Assembly (NCBI GenBank): GCA_013265495.1
Contig: MU058059.1
Span: 4,131,502-4,195,501, forward strand
Origin: Vicugna vicugna
Lineage: Eukaryota
Length of the DNA: 64,000 bases
Direction: 5' to 3'
Below, in pieces: positions 12,467 to 25,379 of the stretch. Made by a program: the position numbers and the translations under genes. Position 1 is the first letter of the stretch. Every line of letters starts with the position of its first letter. The notes below the pieces were generated by a model that was not told the origin of the DNA, did no database searches, and was given only the letters and a program-made list of their open reading frames with translations.

Positions 12467-12629
12467 CGAAGCTTCGTGCTCAAACTCCGGGTTACACTGT
12501 GCTGCCTCCTCTGTCAGTGGCTTCTGAACGATGTTCCTGCAGACGAGCCAGATGGCCAGACTGGTGGCGAACATCCCGATGTCGGGCGCGAACACTCGGA
12601 TCCCGTTCCCCGCGTCGGCTCCCTTCAGG
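12467..12629 (-). CDS. PIEZO2: PIEZO2 coding exon (human exon 5 equivalent), 163 nt
   Basis: Acceptor ctctgcag|C CTG AAG; donor GCT TCG|gtaaat. Translates (S)LKGADAGNGIRVFAPDIGMFATSLAIWLVCRNIVQKPLTEEAAQCNPEFEHEAS. Confidence 0.96.
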
Positions 12630-14229
12630 CTGCAGAGCAGAGAAAACAGAAACAGAGAAAATCTAGTTCTTCTCACGTTTCTAGGGTTAAACTACCTGGA
12701 AGTACACTTGGACCTTCTTAATGATTTAAAATAAAGAACCCCAGTTTCTGCCTAAAGGCACAGGAAAGCTTCGCACTGACCCCCGTCTTGGGTCATCTGT
12801 AAGGTTCAGGAAGGTTCCAGGGAGTTTCAGAAACAGTATAAAGAACCCTAAACCAATTCTCCCTCCTAAAAATGCTAGTGGAATAGACTGTCGTTAAATA
12901 AGCCACATGTCCGGGACAGGCAGGTGTCTGCAGTCTGGCTGAAGCCGTGAAGGCCCAGCCGCGCGCCAGCAGCTGGGAGATACTCCGCCTCGGCTGTAAC
13001 TCAGAGTCAGAGGGGAAGACAGAGAAGATGTTCAAGCCAGCCTCAGGCAGGAGCTCTTCATTATTCTGAGTCCTGAGCTGACTGTGTCTTCCATCTTGGG
13101 CCTGGAAAGGCAGGTCATTATCGGAGGACTCAGAATGAGAAGACAGCTGCTTCCCGCTGGAGACTTCCCCGCGTCCGGCGTTCTTCGTCTGAGCCAAAGA
13201 GATAACGCTGTTTGTTTTCATTATCTCATCGGACTCCAATGAAAGCGACCCGATGTGCACCACAGATAAAACTTGTTTAGGGGCGGGAAGCAGGAGACAG
13301 GAAATTACGTTGTGTGAAGATACATGTTCCCCCATACACCTTGTGTGATTAAATGCATACCTCACTCATTTACACTGTGTGTGCTGTAGATTTTGGTAAA
13401 AACATAATAAATAGCAAGACCTCTCTCACCTGGAAATGACCATATTAACATTTCAGTAAATTAAAAATGATGAATGACATCTACCACTTACTCAGATACT
13501 GCTTTGTGCTAAGAACTGGGCACACGTGACGTCGTCCAGCCCATCGCCACAAAGAGTGACGTGTTGTTATTCACCCCCCGTTGGATATGGGGGAGAACCA
13601 GACCAAGGCCCATTACACCCTAAAGCCCGAAGTTACAGGCTTTAGGAGACGCTCAGTCAGGGTCTCCTCGAATGCCTAGAGTCTGAATCAAAATGAAAGG
13701 ATAATTTGGAAACTATACTAATGGGCAGCAAATCCCAGTAAATTTGGATTTGAATAGTCCTCTCATCATCGCAGAAGTCACGACACCTCATCCCATCTCC
13801 TCATCCAAGCCCCAGCCGCCCGCCTGCCTGCCCGGTGAGTCGCTGCAGTCTCGGAGCTGGGGGAGAGCTGGACACGGCCTAGCCCACTTCCTCACCTTGC
13901 CGCGCGGGTGCGCCAACCAGGGGAGGCCAAACGCTGGACCGAGAGCAGAGCCGTGGGCGGCGGCAGCGCCCCTCCTGTGGGGAGCTGCCACTCACCGCAG
14001 CTGCCCACAGCCGCCCCTCCCCCACCTGCCGCGACAGGCCCCGCCCACCTGCTCCCACCTCGCAGCCCTTGGCCCTTCTGACTCCCACCACACCCCGTCT
14101 CTGTGCTGCGCTGGACAAAGCTGCTCCCAAACCCAGGCTTCCTGCTTCTCCTCCCTTCCCTGTCTAGTTCCCCTCAGACGGGCCGGGCTGGGTGGTACCC
14201 ACCACACTTCTCCACCTCCTGCTTCCATG

Positions 14230-14950
14230 CTGATGAGTCTGCAAGCATCTGCTCCTGATGTTTTTTCCCCCTTACTCTACATGTAAACCTGAATGGCATA
14301 CCCACCCCCAAGGCTCCACTCCGAGTCTGCACAACGGCTGGCTGACAAACCCGCACACCCGGTCCCCCACGGTCCCCTCCACTCTGGGACTTCACAGCCT
14401 TTCAAAACCAAATGTGATCTTCATTCCAAAACCCGCCCTTCCTCGCTGGTGCCTAACCCTGGGAGATGGTGCTCTCATCAGGGCAGCAACCACGACAGAA
14501 TCTGGACCCTGCCATCCTCATTGAAAGCCTGGGGATTCTGTCCCCACCCGCCTCTCTTTCCCCTCCTCTTTTCTGCCTCGGGGTGTCCCCTCTGCCAGCC
14601 AGGCCTCCGAGTTCCCACCAGAGCTCAGCCCAGCAGGGGCTGGGCGTGTTACTGACACTGCCTACGGGAAAGGTCCCCATCCCTGAGCACGGCATACGGG
14701 GTCCTCTGTAGCCGAGACCTTTTTCCTTATCTCCTGCTCTGACTGCTCTGGATCTCAAATTCCAGGCACCTTGAATGCACAAACCCAGGATATGCAAGTG
14801 TTTTCCCTCTGAGCTGGTGTGCAATTTTCTTAGGACGCCAGGGCCCTTCTCTCACACACTTCTGCAGGGTCCTCACCTGTCCAGACCCACCTCCCACCCT
14901 CCTCTGTGAAGGGGTGCCACTGCGCCCACACGGCTGGGCACGAAACGTTT
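14230..14950 (+). mobile_element. Degraded L2
   Basis: Pyrimidine-rich L2-like motifs (tcaaaaccaaatgtgatcttc, gatggtgctctcatc...aatctggacc, 3'-end-like segment near 14900-14950). Confidence 0.5.
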
Positions 14951-17900
14951 ACCCCTTTACATCACTCACTCACCTGTGAGTCTGAGTCCAGGAGGACTAT
15001 TATGTATAGTATCTGTGTGTGTGTGTACGTGTGTGTCTGTGGACTGCAGCGTGGCTGAGTGCAGACTGGCAGAACTAAAGCTCTCTCCCGATATTTACTC
15101 TTTCCTTCCTGTAACAACAGTTTTTGCAAATTAGAGCAGACAGCCTGCCACAAAGAGCCCTGCACTTTAGCTCAGGGAAGAGCAAACACCAATACACAGG
15201 GCAGGATAGCCACTGCTGCCCAGGGAGCGGCTGAAGGCGGGGGGCTGCTGAGTGACATCTCGGTGGTCTGGACACGACCCAACTGTCAAAATGGGAAATG
15301 ATAAACCATTTAAAAGTGCAGTTTTACTAAATACATCCGTCGGAGAAAACATTTCAAGAACAACAAACATGAATTGTGTCTAGTGAGCAGTAAGTGGCTG
15401 GATTTGGTGGAATCCAGCCATTTAATTTTTTAATCACTAAAAAATAGGTCTTAAGCATCTAGGCTGCACCAGGCACTGCCCCCGGGCACGAGTGCTGGTT
15501 AGGACAGTGTGTTTACGGAGGTTCAGTCAGGAAGAGGGGTCACGGCCAGGCCAGGACTGCCGAAGGATCTGGAGCTGAGAAGGACCACAACCGTCATGGC
15601 GATGAGATGGCAGAGGACGTGGCGACCTGGCTGCGGGAAGTGGAGCCGCAAGGTGGGGTTTTCACAGTGAGTGCGAGGTGTGCTGAGAGGTGGCAGGTCA
15701 CCCTGGAAGCCACGTGGGGCTGCTGCCTGAGAGAGAAGTCTTGGCCAAAGGGGTGGCCTTGAGAGTTCTCCTCTCATGTATGCTGGATAAAGTCAGTGAG
15801 TAAATCAGGCAGTCTGGGAACGGCACACAGCACAGGGCAAATATCTGTGGAGGCTACGTGAGCTAACTGTGCGTCTGCACTGCAAAGCACTCAGCAATAA
15901 ATCACATTTTACTTCAAGTAAATCCTGCATTTCCAATCAGGCAGACCAGGCTATGGGCAGAAGCCCTCTTCTAATAAATTAATGTGATCAACGTATACAT
16001 TTCCCCATAAAACGTTCTCCTGGACAGTGCTACTTGCTGGGCACACTGCAATTTCATTTTTCATATACAAAAGCACATGCTAAATGGCTTAGAACATCAA
16101 GGTCTCCTAAACAGGAAACATTTCCTTTCCAATCTCGTTACGGTCACATTGATCTTATTTGCTCAGTGATTATGCCTCCTGAAGGGGAGTCAGGGAAGCT
16201 GGGAATTGGGAATAACCTAGCTATCCATCAAGAGAAAGACTATATCCTGGAAAGACTACAGATCAATAACTGAGCGCAGATGCATGTGGGACCTGGAGCT
16301 CCATCTGTAGACTTGGACGCATCTCACAAACACAATAGTGAGCAAAAAAAGGAAGCAGATGGACAGCCTACAGATCGCTTAGGGATTCACCGTTAGGAAT
16401 CACATGGAAATGACAATCATATTTCTGGATAAGGCAGAAGGACACGATCAACTGTGTTACCAGCGACACCCGAGTTCTTACGCCCCTTGAAAGCTGGCTG
16501 GCACGTACAAAAGTCTATCTTTACTATCTGATTATTTTACAAGTCAGAAGAGTCAGACTACTCAGAACTCTTCGTGGAGAACACGTCTAGAAAACGTGAA
16601 GCCAGTTACCTGCCAGGGGAAGAGAGCGACCAGCTGCTGCCGTCACGGCGGGATTCTGCGTGGTGTGATGGACTCAGGCATCAAATGCAGCTACGCCCTC
16701 GGGTCCTTCCGAGGAGCCCTGAGGCAGGTGCACATATTCACCACTTTGCTTTTTTTTTTTTTAAGTTTCAGGTTCTCACCAACAAAATGACTTCTTGGAG
16801 TCTTCCCAACTAAGGTTTCACTTTGACTCGGAAAATTCAAAATAAGGAGGCAGAGAAGTTGAGAATCACGTTGGAGTTTCAGGTACAACCAAGAAGGAGA
16901 CTCTGGGATGGACACCATCACTGTCACTTTCAGAAGTTCAGAAAAAACGCCATTTATGCCGCTCCTTTGGGGGAGCAAGTCCTCCAGTTCAGAGTTGGCA
17001 GGAGGGTCAACTTCAGTTGAATTCCAGTAAAATAATTAGAATATCAAACAAGCACTATTCACATGAACATGTGCTGCTGAGAGGGTGGTGCCTGTCGCTG
17101 CTGAGAGTGCACCAGACCGGGATGTCATCCTGTGACATCCCAGCACCCAAGGCAAGGTGGTCCCGGAGGCCCCGGGGCACGTACCTACGATCACCCCAGA
17201 AGCCGCCTCCCGGGCTGCTTCTCCCGGGGGATCTCCCTGCGAGAAGAATGGACAGCTGGGGTAAAATTAGCAACGCGGGGTGCAGAGGAAACGGTTCCTT
17301 TGGCAAATCCCTCTGCTTGAAATTCTGGAAAACTATATTTCAACAGTTCAAGCCCTACTACAAAATCACTGACTTATGGGACTACAGCTAGGTTAGTAAG
17401 AGACTCTCTTGTAGACACAGATTCATTGTTCTTATAAACAAACAAAATAAACCCTCCTAGAGGGAGCCGTGGCCACTGAGGTCCGTCCGCGGGCGAACCT
17501 GAGCCGTGCACGCTCCCCCTGTCCTCAGGGCACAAGCCCTCTGCTCCTGCCCGGGTGCAGCAAGGGGGGGGCGGACGTCGGCGGCCTCCCTCCCGTGTAA
17601 GCCAGCGCGGCACCGGAGAGCGCCAAGGGGCGCAGGGCCCGAAGAAAGGGATCGACCACGTGGACCTGGGAGGCGTGGGGTCCTGCCTGACCACAGCTTC
17701 CCGGCCCCCTCAGCACCGAGGGAGGCGATAAACTTCGGCAGCAGGATTGCACCTGCTGGGTGGTAAGACCTTCACGACGCCTGCAGAGCTCGGCAGAGAG
17801 AAGGCGCGCAGGCACCACAACCAGAAAGACTTTATCTGCCACTTGATCCTGTGTCAAGAAGCTACTCAACCCTTTGAATCTCCACTACCCGTGAGGATGA

Positions 17901-18832
17901 AACCGAAGACAGCTCTGGGACCGGTGCAACGCTGTAACGTTCGCTCCTTCAACTGTTCTGCGTACGTGTAGAGAGGTGTGCCTGTGAGCGCGGAGACGTG
18001 GGTCAGGGCAAAAAGGGGCGGAAGGAATTGCTTCCACTTTGTTCATCATTGTGGATCGTGTGTCTCCAAGGATGCTGACGGAAAACCCAGACAGTCCCCC
18101 TGAAGCCTGCCTAACACAGACTGCGCCTTGTCCAGGCAGTGGTGTCTCGGTCCCTAGCTAAGGGGTTTAATGGGCTGAGCTACAGGAAAGACATCTTATA
18201 GCAGCTAGAACTATCACAGAACTGATTTTTTCTTACGACGCAGAGCAAATGAGAAATCTGAAGCCACACTTGTGAGTCTCTGTGAGCACAATTCTCCAAA
18301 ACATTCCCTGCCACAGACTCAACACCCAGATTTACCTCCATATCAAGCAGTGTGGATTTCCCCTTACTCATCGTGCTGCCTGCACCAAGACTGGAAGCCT
18401 TTCAGTGATCTGTTACACAGTTCGTTTGTTTGTGTCATTAATGAAATCTGAAACCGTCCTGCTACCTCTCATTTTGTCTTGAACCAGGTGCCAAGATGAC
18501 CACCTGGGAACATGGGGTCTCCGTTCAAGAATGCTCCATTCTCTGCCGGACCTGACCTTAATCACTCATTCACTCTGACACTGTTTATATGAGTCATAAT
18601 GACCTGGCTCAGTGAAGATTGAGATTACAAATCAGAAGATCTTTTCTTCCAGCCATGTTTTGAAAGAAAAGGGATGACTGATTACATCTTTATTTTTCTA
18701 GAAGAAAAATAGATCTGTTCACCAAATGTTTATTAAATGATGTCACTTTGCTTGAATAAAAAAAGGTTACTTTCCAAGTTGGAAGCCAAAGTCCTAAGTA
18801 AAGCTCCAGCAGCCTAAGAAATGTGCTTAGTT

Positions 18833-18950
18833 ATACACACACACGTACAGCCACACGTGCACACACATGCATGTGTTAAACACGTGTGCGCGCACACACG
18901 TGCACACACACATGCATTAAACACATACATACACTCACACACACAGTCAT
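18833..18950. repeat. Alternating purine-pyrimidine (CA/TG/CG) low-complexity tract
   Basis: Directly visible; cacacgtgcacacaca occurs twice. Confidence 0.85.
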
Positions 18951-19161
18951 GGACACATATGTCTGCATATATTAATCCGTAGCTTTTAGTCTGTGTTTCA
19001 GGTATACCCAAGATATACTTGGCAGATCAAAGAAAAGAGCAAATTTCATCAATCGCATGAGTAAACTTTAACGAAACTGATTATATGGTACCACACAGAC
19101 GTAAAAGCCTCGGACATAAGATCTAACTTTTCCTCTGATTGTGTGGGAGTTACACTCCAAA

Positions 19162-19271
19162 CGTTGTGGACTGAATGTCTGTGACCCCTCAAAATTCATG
19201 CTGAAATCCTAACCCCCAATTTAAAAGATGAGGCCTTCGGGAGGTGATGAGGTCATGAGGGTGGAGCCCCC
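19162..19271 (+). mobile_element. MaLR LTR 5' part (MLT1A/MST-like)
   Basis: tgtggactgaatgtctgtgacccctcaaaattcatgctgaaatcctaacccccaa...gggaggtgatgaggtcatgagggtggagccc matches the MLT1A start. Confidence 0.8.
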
Positions 19272-19805
19272 GTCCCTCAAGAGATGATTGGATAAAGAAG
19301 GTGTGGTGTGTACATACAACGGAATATGACTCAGCCATTAGAAAGAATGAAATGCTGCCATTTGCAGCAGCATGGATGTACCTAGAGATGATCATACTAA
19401 GAGAAGCCAGACAGAGAAAGACAAATGTCGTATGATATCACTTATACATGGAGTCTAAAACAATGACACAAATAAACTTATTTAGAAAACAGAGACAGAC
19501 TCACAGACATAGAAACAAACTTACGGTTACCAGGGGTATAAGGGGGGAAGAGGTAAATGAGGAGTCTGGGATTTGCAGACACACACTGCTACATACAGAA
19601 TAGATAAACAACAAGGTCCTGCTGCACAGCACAGGGAGCTGTATTCAACAGCTTGGAATTGCCTGTAATGGCAAAGGATATTAAAATATATGTGTGTGTG
19701 TGTGTAATACATATATGTATACACACATACATGTATAATCCAGTGACTATGCTGCACACCAGAAACTAACGCGTTGTAAATCAACTATACTTGAAGAAAA
19801 ACAAG
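19272..19805 (+). mobile_element. L1 3' end (5'-truncated)
   Basis: gatgattggataaagaag...gcagcatggatgtacctagagatgatcatactaa...gtaaatcaactatactt followed by an A-rich tail. Confidence 0.9.
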
Positions 19806-22069
19806 AACAGGAGACTGAGGAAGGTCTGGGAATTAAGTGACTGTTTGCAGGGACACAGAATAAAGCTGTTTCTCCTCTCTCGGCTCTCAGGGCTGAGCCA
19901 GCGGGAGCTGCAGGCTGCCCTGCCCTCCGACCAGCTGCGATGACTGATGAAAAGACACGGGGACCCCGTCTCTTGCTTTCTCAGAACCTGTCTTTCTCTC
20001 TCCGACCAAATCCCCGGGTGCTTCCCCATCGAGGACTCCATCAAGTTTCTCCAAGCCGCTGACCAGCCAGCAGTCAGGCAGTGCTCTGGGTGCCTGGGTA
20101 TCGAGACAGACCCATCCCTCGTGTCCCAAAGCAGGAAAGGCAAGGAGCAGTGTGCACAGCACAACTTGTCCAGCCCCATCACGGACGACCGGGGGATGTG
20201 TTACTAGAGGAGGGTCCGGAGAGAGTCGTCAGGAGAGGCTGCACAAAAGCAGTGACGTCTAAAACCCAAGGTGGGGGTTGGAAGCTCCCAAGGGAACAGA
20301 CGGGCTGTGGAAAGCTGCCACTGAACCCTCCAGATGCACAGCCACGCCTTTTAAATCACGTCCACACTAGGAAAAAAAATCCTCCGAATGAGTTTCATCG
20401 TCGCCGGCTGCTTTCAGAGTGATTCATATTTTAAAACATTCTTCGAAGGAGCGAGAGATGTCACTCCACTATCCAAGTAGAGCATGAAATAAAACCGTGT
20501 ACAATTTCATTACTAGTAATGCAATCAGAGGGACTGCGCTGACGATGGAGACTAAGAACGGCCTCTGCGTGTTCTAAGTGGAAAGGGGCGCGCGGTCAGC
20601 AGAAGGCTGCTCGCTTTCACGGAGGCAGCAGCACGTCGCCCCAGCACACAGGAGCTCGCCTTCTGTTGGCGGGTCACTGGGCAGGAGCCGGCTTACTTGC
20701 TGACATATTTTCCTGCAATGCAAAGTGGCGTTCAGGAGAGAGAAGCCCCTGGGCAGACCTGCCCCGAGCGCGCTGTGTGGGACACATCCCGGAGCTTTCC
20801 AGCAGCCCCACCTCTCGGCCCCTCCTGCATACACGGCGGAGGGACACTCTCCTTCCCCTAAATCAGCGAGGTGACTCGCCTGGGGCTGTCCACCGTGAGT
20901 TGCAGTGACAGAGGCCACCTCTGCGTGGACGCACGTCAGCGCCAGTGTGCAGTTTCCCAAGCTCCGCCTCCCTGCTTAAGCAAACTGAGAAATGCCATGC
21001 CAAGACAGAGGTGTCATGGATTGAAACCAGGGACACCTGGTGCAGAGAGGCCAACTGCTCCGAAGCTGTCTGGCCTCCTCATCAGACGTCGCACCAGCGG
21101 GAAGGCAGCACTGCTGTAAGGAGCCCCCGAGAATTGGGGTGACCCCAAAATGCTTACGATCCCAGGCTTAGAAAACCTGCGTGGAAAGGTGAGCTTTCTG
21201 ATGGCGATAGAACAGCGAGGCACACATCCTCTCCTCCACAGTAAAAACCAAACCAAACCAAACCAAACGGCAACAAAAGTCTCGTGCTGTGATGCAGGGA
21301 GCCACACGGCAGCACCAGGAGTGGAAGGGGTGTTGTCGGGGACACCAAAGCTACAGGAATCCACATCCTTCCTCTATCCTCTGCGAAGTCCTAAATTAAA
21401 CTCCCGATGTCACCCACGGGGGCAGCTGTCTGCAAGGTGAACATAACCTTTTATCATGAATCCAGCCATCCACACTGTGACCAGGTGTACTTATCCTGAG
21501 GCCGTGAAAATAATGACAGTTTCCAGGAAGGAAATGGCCAACCACCACCCCATGGCAAGTGTCGCTGCCCCAGGGCAGGCCGGCCGGACGCCTGGGGCTC
21601 CCCTTCAATCACAAAACGCACAGCAGAGGACGCCTTCGCTTTCCTTTCTGGGGGAAAGTGCTGAGGTTCAGCTGACTCAGTCCCTCTTTTATTATTTTTT
21701 TTACGACATGACCACTTTTTGAAATACTCTGCTAGCAAACAGATTGATGGGCAAACTTGAAAGGGCCTAGAGCTGAGAGGATCAATATCGCAGAGTGGCT
21801 TTAAAGAACCGGAGAGCTGCCTTTTAAGATACAACCGGAATTTCCTTTAAGAGAAAGGCGAGGGGAACCTGGAGAAGCAGAGAAGCCGCACGCAACAGCA
21901 CGGCCGGGTGCGGCCTTTGCCACCGGAAACGCATGACAGCCCCCAAACCAGTGTCCGCTCTGCATCTCATCTCACTGGGCATCTGGCAGCAACAGCTCCC
22001 TGCTTGTAAACAAGAAAATAGGGGACAACCCGGGGAACTCAGATGACAGTTGCAGATCACACCTAGAAG

Positions 22070-22300
22070 TATGGACGCAAACCCCAACTCCCAATGTATT
22101 CCTCACCCCCTCCTTTCCCCCGGGTCACCGTAAATTTGCTTTCTATGTCTATGAGTCTGTTTCTGTTTCGTAAATAAGTTCATTTGTGTCATTTTTTAGA
22201 TCCCACATATAAGTGATATGCACCAGAAATTAACACAACATTGCAAACTGATTATACTTCCATAAAAAATAAAATTAAAAAAAAGAAAAAAGAATAAAAA
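22070..22300 (+). mobile_element. L1 3' fragment with 5' inversion and poly(A) tail
   Basis: Antisense 3'UTR up to ~22219 (cccacatataagtgata), then sense caccagaaattaacacaacattgcaaactgattatacttc and an A-rich tail ending at 22300. Confidence 0.8.
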
Positions 22301-22720
22301 TAGGAATGGTCACAAAACTAAGACTACAGTTCAAAAATACAGCCTATCACCTGACATGTTTCTTAACAGTGTTTTTATTTGCACATCTCTTTGGAAGCAT
22401 GCCCGTTTAAGAGGCACTATGGAAATCCTCCTCTCTGGTTTCTTCAAAATGTTCACAAAATGAGAACAGCCGGTGAGACTTACGACTTAGGACGGTGTCC
22501 CCAGGAGCCACGGTGGGGGGGGGGACCTAGCACAGGGATGCCTGTCACTCGGGGACTCAGGGTGGCTTGCTGCGGAAACCTTAGTCTCTGGAGCCAGGCA
22601 CAGCTTCGCTCAAGTGCAGCTCAGTACCCCAGTACCCCCGGGTGGCCACGACCTCCTGGGTGGCTACCCGATTCTCCTCGGGCTCCCGGACCTGTGACAT
22701 GGGGACCACAGCCCACCGTG

Positions 22721-22880
22721 AGGGTCACAAACGACGGGCAGCAGCTTCTTGTCTTTGTCAATAAAGTTTTACTGGAACTCAGCCGTGCTCGCTGCTGTGG
22801 CCGCTGCAAAGGACCCGCAGGGCCGGCGGACACGGAGGTGGGCGCTCTGCCCTCGATGGTAAAAGTCTGCCGGTCCCCGG
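22721..22880. mobile_element. MER58A-like hAT-Charlie DNA transposon
   Basis: Termini agggtcacaaac and aaaagtctgccggtcccc; internal tttgtcaataaagttttactggaactcagcc. Confidence 0.7.
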
Positions 22881-23049
22881 TATGTGGCCTGTAAGTGATG
22901 GACACGCCACAGTGCTCAGTGCCTGGGCGCTGTTCTCATTAAACCATTGCTCAAGTTAGCAAAAGGCAAAGGTCACGTAAAGTAGGAAGGAAACGTTTCA
23001 GTTGCCAAACCCTGTGGACTGACGAATCCTTAACCATCTTAGAAGCAGC

Positions 23050-23068
23050 TCTCGCCCAGAGGGCGCCA
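23050..23068 (+). promoter_or_regulatory. Possible CTCF motif
   Basis: TCTCGCCCAGAGGGCGCCA; the 3' part matches well, the 5' part less so. Confidence 0.35.
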
Positions 23069-23139
23069 CTCAGGAGACAGCAGAGAATCTGAGCCTGTCC
23101 TTTAGGGAAAAAGACTCAGTCTAAACGCAGATTAAAAGG

Positions 23140-24250
23140 ACATTAAGATAGCATTTCTCACCTATTGGGCTGGCAAAAAAATTCTCAAGTTTGCCAGCAT
23201 GTTCCGGTGGCGAGGCTCTGGGAAATAATTACTCTCATCCGTTGCTGGGGGAAGTGCAAACTGCCAGAACTTTAGGGAGAGAAACTTGGCCACGTTTAGA
23301 AAAATTCCATAAAAACCCGCTCTTCGATAGTACTTGGGACTCTCTCGCCAGGATACCTGGCAAACACACAAGTTGCCCAAAGCTGTTCCACATGACCTAT
23401 TTTGTAAGAGCCAAAGACAGGAAACGGCCTACACGACCTCCCGTGGGCTGGCTGGTCCCGGATGCTGGATGGGCTTGGCACTTCCAGCCTCCATGGGAGC
23501 ACGGAAACAAGCAAGCACCAGGGGGCCTGCATCAAGGGGCAAGGCGCCCACACGCGGCGGGCCTCAGGGGCGGAAAGGGAGCGATCACGTTTACGTGACA
23601 CGGCGCAGAATGTCAAGGTGAACGATGCCACAGACAGACTAGCCCAGGCGCGGGGCCGTCTGCAAGCCTCCTGAGCTGGTTTCCTCAGAAGTCAGGTCTG
23701 ACGGAGCTGGGAGGGGACTGGGGGACCCGACCCCCGTACAGACGCTTGCGGTGAGACAACAGAACGGAACGTGCGGTGACAGCGGGGAACCGGTCTCACC
23801 GTGGTGACTGTTTCAAGATGCACGCAGATATCCCGTCACCACGCTGCACAGCTGAGACTCACAGAGCACAGTATGTTCATCACGACTCAGAAAACAAAAT
23901 GTACCAAAAACAACTACACTGGGATGTGTGGGATTTAGGAGTCTGCTGACTCAACCTGGCATCTGGAAGGTGACACCTCTGAGATGATCAGGACGTGGAA
24001 GCACCGACTGGGCATTAAGTGGTGCTGAGGACGCACAGGTGTTCGTACTGGGGGTGAGTGTGGCTTATGATTCGGGAAGAAAGCACCCATTTTCTCAGAG
24101 ACCTATACTGACTTACACAGGGATGAAATGACACGATATATGAGATTTTCTTTAAAATATTTCAGCCTCCCCCCTAAAAGTGGACAAAGCAAGTGTGGCA
24201 AAGTCTCACTAATGCTGGGCTGTGGGCACGTGATGTCTGATTAGCTGTTT
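23140..24250 (+). mobile_element. Old L1 (L1ME/L1MC-like) 3' fragments
   Basis: catttctcacctattgggctggcaaaa, ctctcatccgttgctgggggaagtgcaaactg and gatgaaatgacacgatatatgagattttctttaaaat resemble old L1 3' regions. Confidence 0.5.
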
Positions 24251-24934
24251 CTCCCCTTTGTTTGACTTTTTCATAACACAAAAGACAAATCAAGAGAAAG
24301 ATCCTCTGGAAAAAAGATTTCACACAGAATGAAGCTGCATGTGACCTTCATCCTTGGTTTTACGCTGGTCTGTGAGCCGCCCACCCCAAGGCACCCTCCT
24401 CTGACAACCGAAAAGACGCCGCGACCTGCCCAGGTGACCACGGGGACGGGGCCCACGTGAGGAGGTGTGCGCAGGGAAAGGCACAAGCTGAGAACCAGTT
24501 AAAATGGTTCCGGAAATGCCATCACCGGCCGCCCGGGGATGAGCCGGCTGTTCGCGCTTGCTACCGCAGAAATGATTCATTTTAAGGTATTTTGTTCTTT
24601 CTTTTTTGTGGTCTAAGCTCTGTCAGCCCGATATATGTGCATAAAAACACATCTTCAACACCATGAAGAGAACTAGTCAAAATCACAGACAGAGCACAAA
24701 CATTAAAACGACTTTTCTCCCTTTCAATAGCCGTGTCGACGCCGAGGTCACCCAAGCCGCCGTGAGCCGCCGTCAGGTCTGTACGACCCGACCTCCACGT
24801 TTTCTGATGTTATTGTGAGTCAGTTTTTTTTCCTTTTGCGGAGATGCTGGTGTAGAAATGCTTTTAGCTCAGAGTGACATGATGTCAGCCTTTCATTTAG
24901 AGCTAAGAAGATCGAACGGTTTTAATAACTGGAA

Positions 24935-25004
24935 GGGGGAGGGCAGAGCTCACGCTCAGCAGCACAAGGTCCTGGGTTCAGTCCCCAGTCCCTCCACTAA
25001 AAAA
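24935..25004 (+). mobile_element. Vic-1-like tRNA-derived SINE (camelid), internally deleted
   Basis: ggggagggcagagctca...gcacaaggtcctgggttcagtccccagtccctccactaaaaaa; B box GGTTCAGTCC. Confidence 0.75.
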
Positions 25005-25199
25005 CGCAGTCCTTCGGAAGACGTGAATATAAATACACACTCCTCTGTACTTAATGGACAGAGCTGAATGCAAATGGGAACAGACACCATCTCCTGTAAT
25101 GCTCTAACCCGGCTCCTTCCCTTCCCTGCTGCTTCACAGTTTAAGGAGCATCTTCACAGACTGCTCCACTTAATCCCCCCTCCACTCCGTGCTCAGGCA

Positions 25200-25310
25200 A
25201 GGATGTTACAAAGCGAAGGTCGACCTCACAAGGAAACTGAGACTCAGAAGTGATGATGCGCTCGCAGGCACGGTCACAGGAGCAGCAGCGGCGAGACCAC
25301 CAGTTCCCAG
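25200..25310 (-). mobile_element. MIR fragment
   Basis: aaggaaactgagactcagaag...cacggtcacag MIR core. Confidence 0.55.
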
Positions 25311-25379
25311 TCGGTGAGCTGCCGGCAGCAAACCAGGTCCTGAGTAACTAAACGTGGGTTCCTGCGAAGTCCTGCTTAC

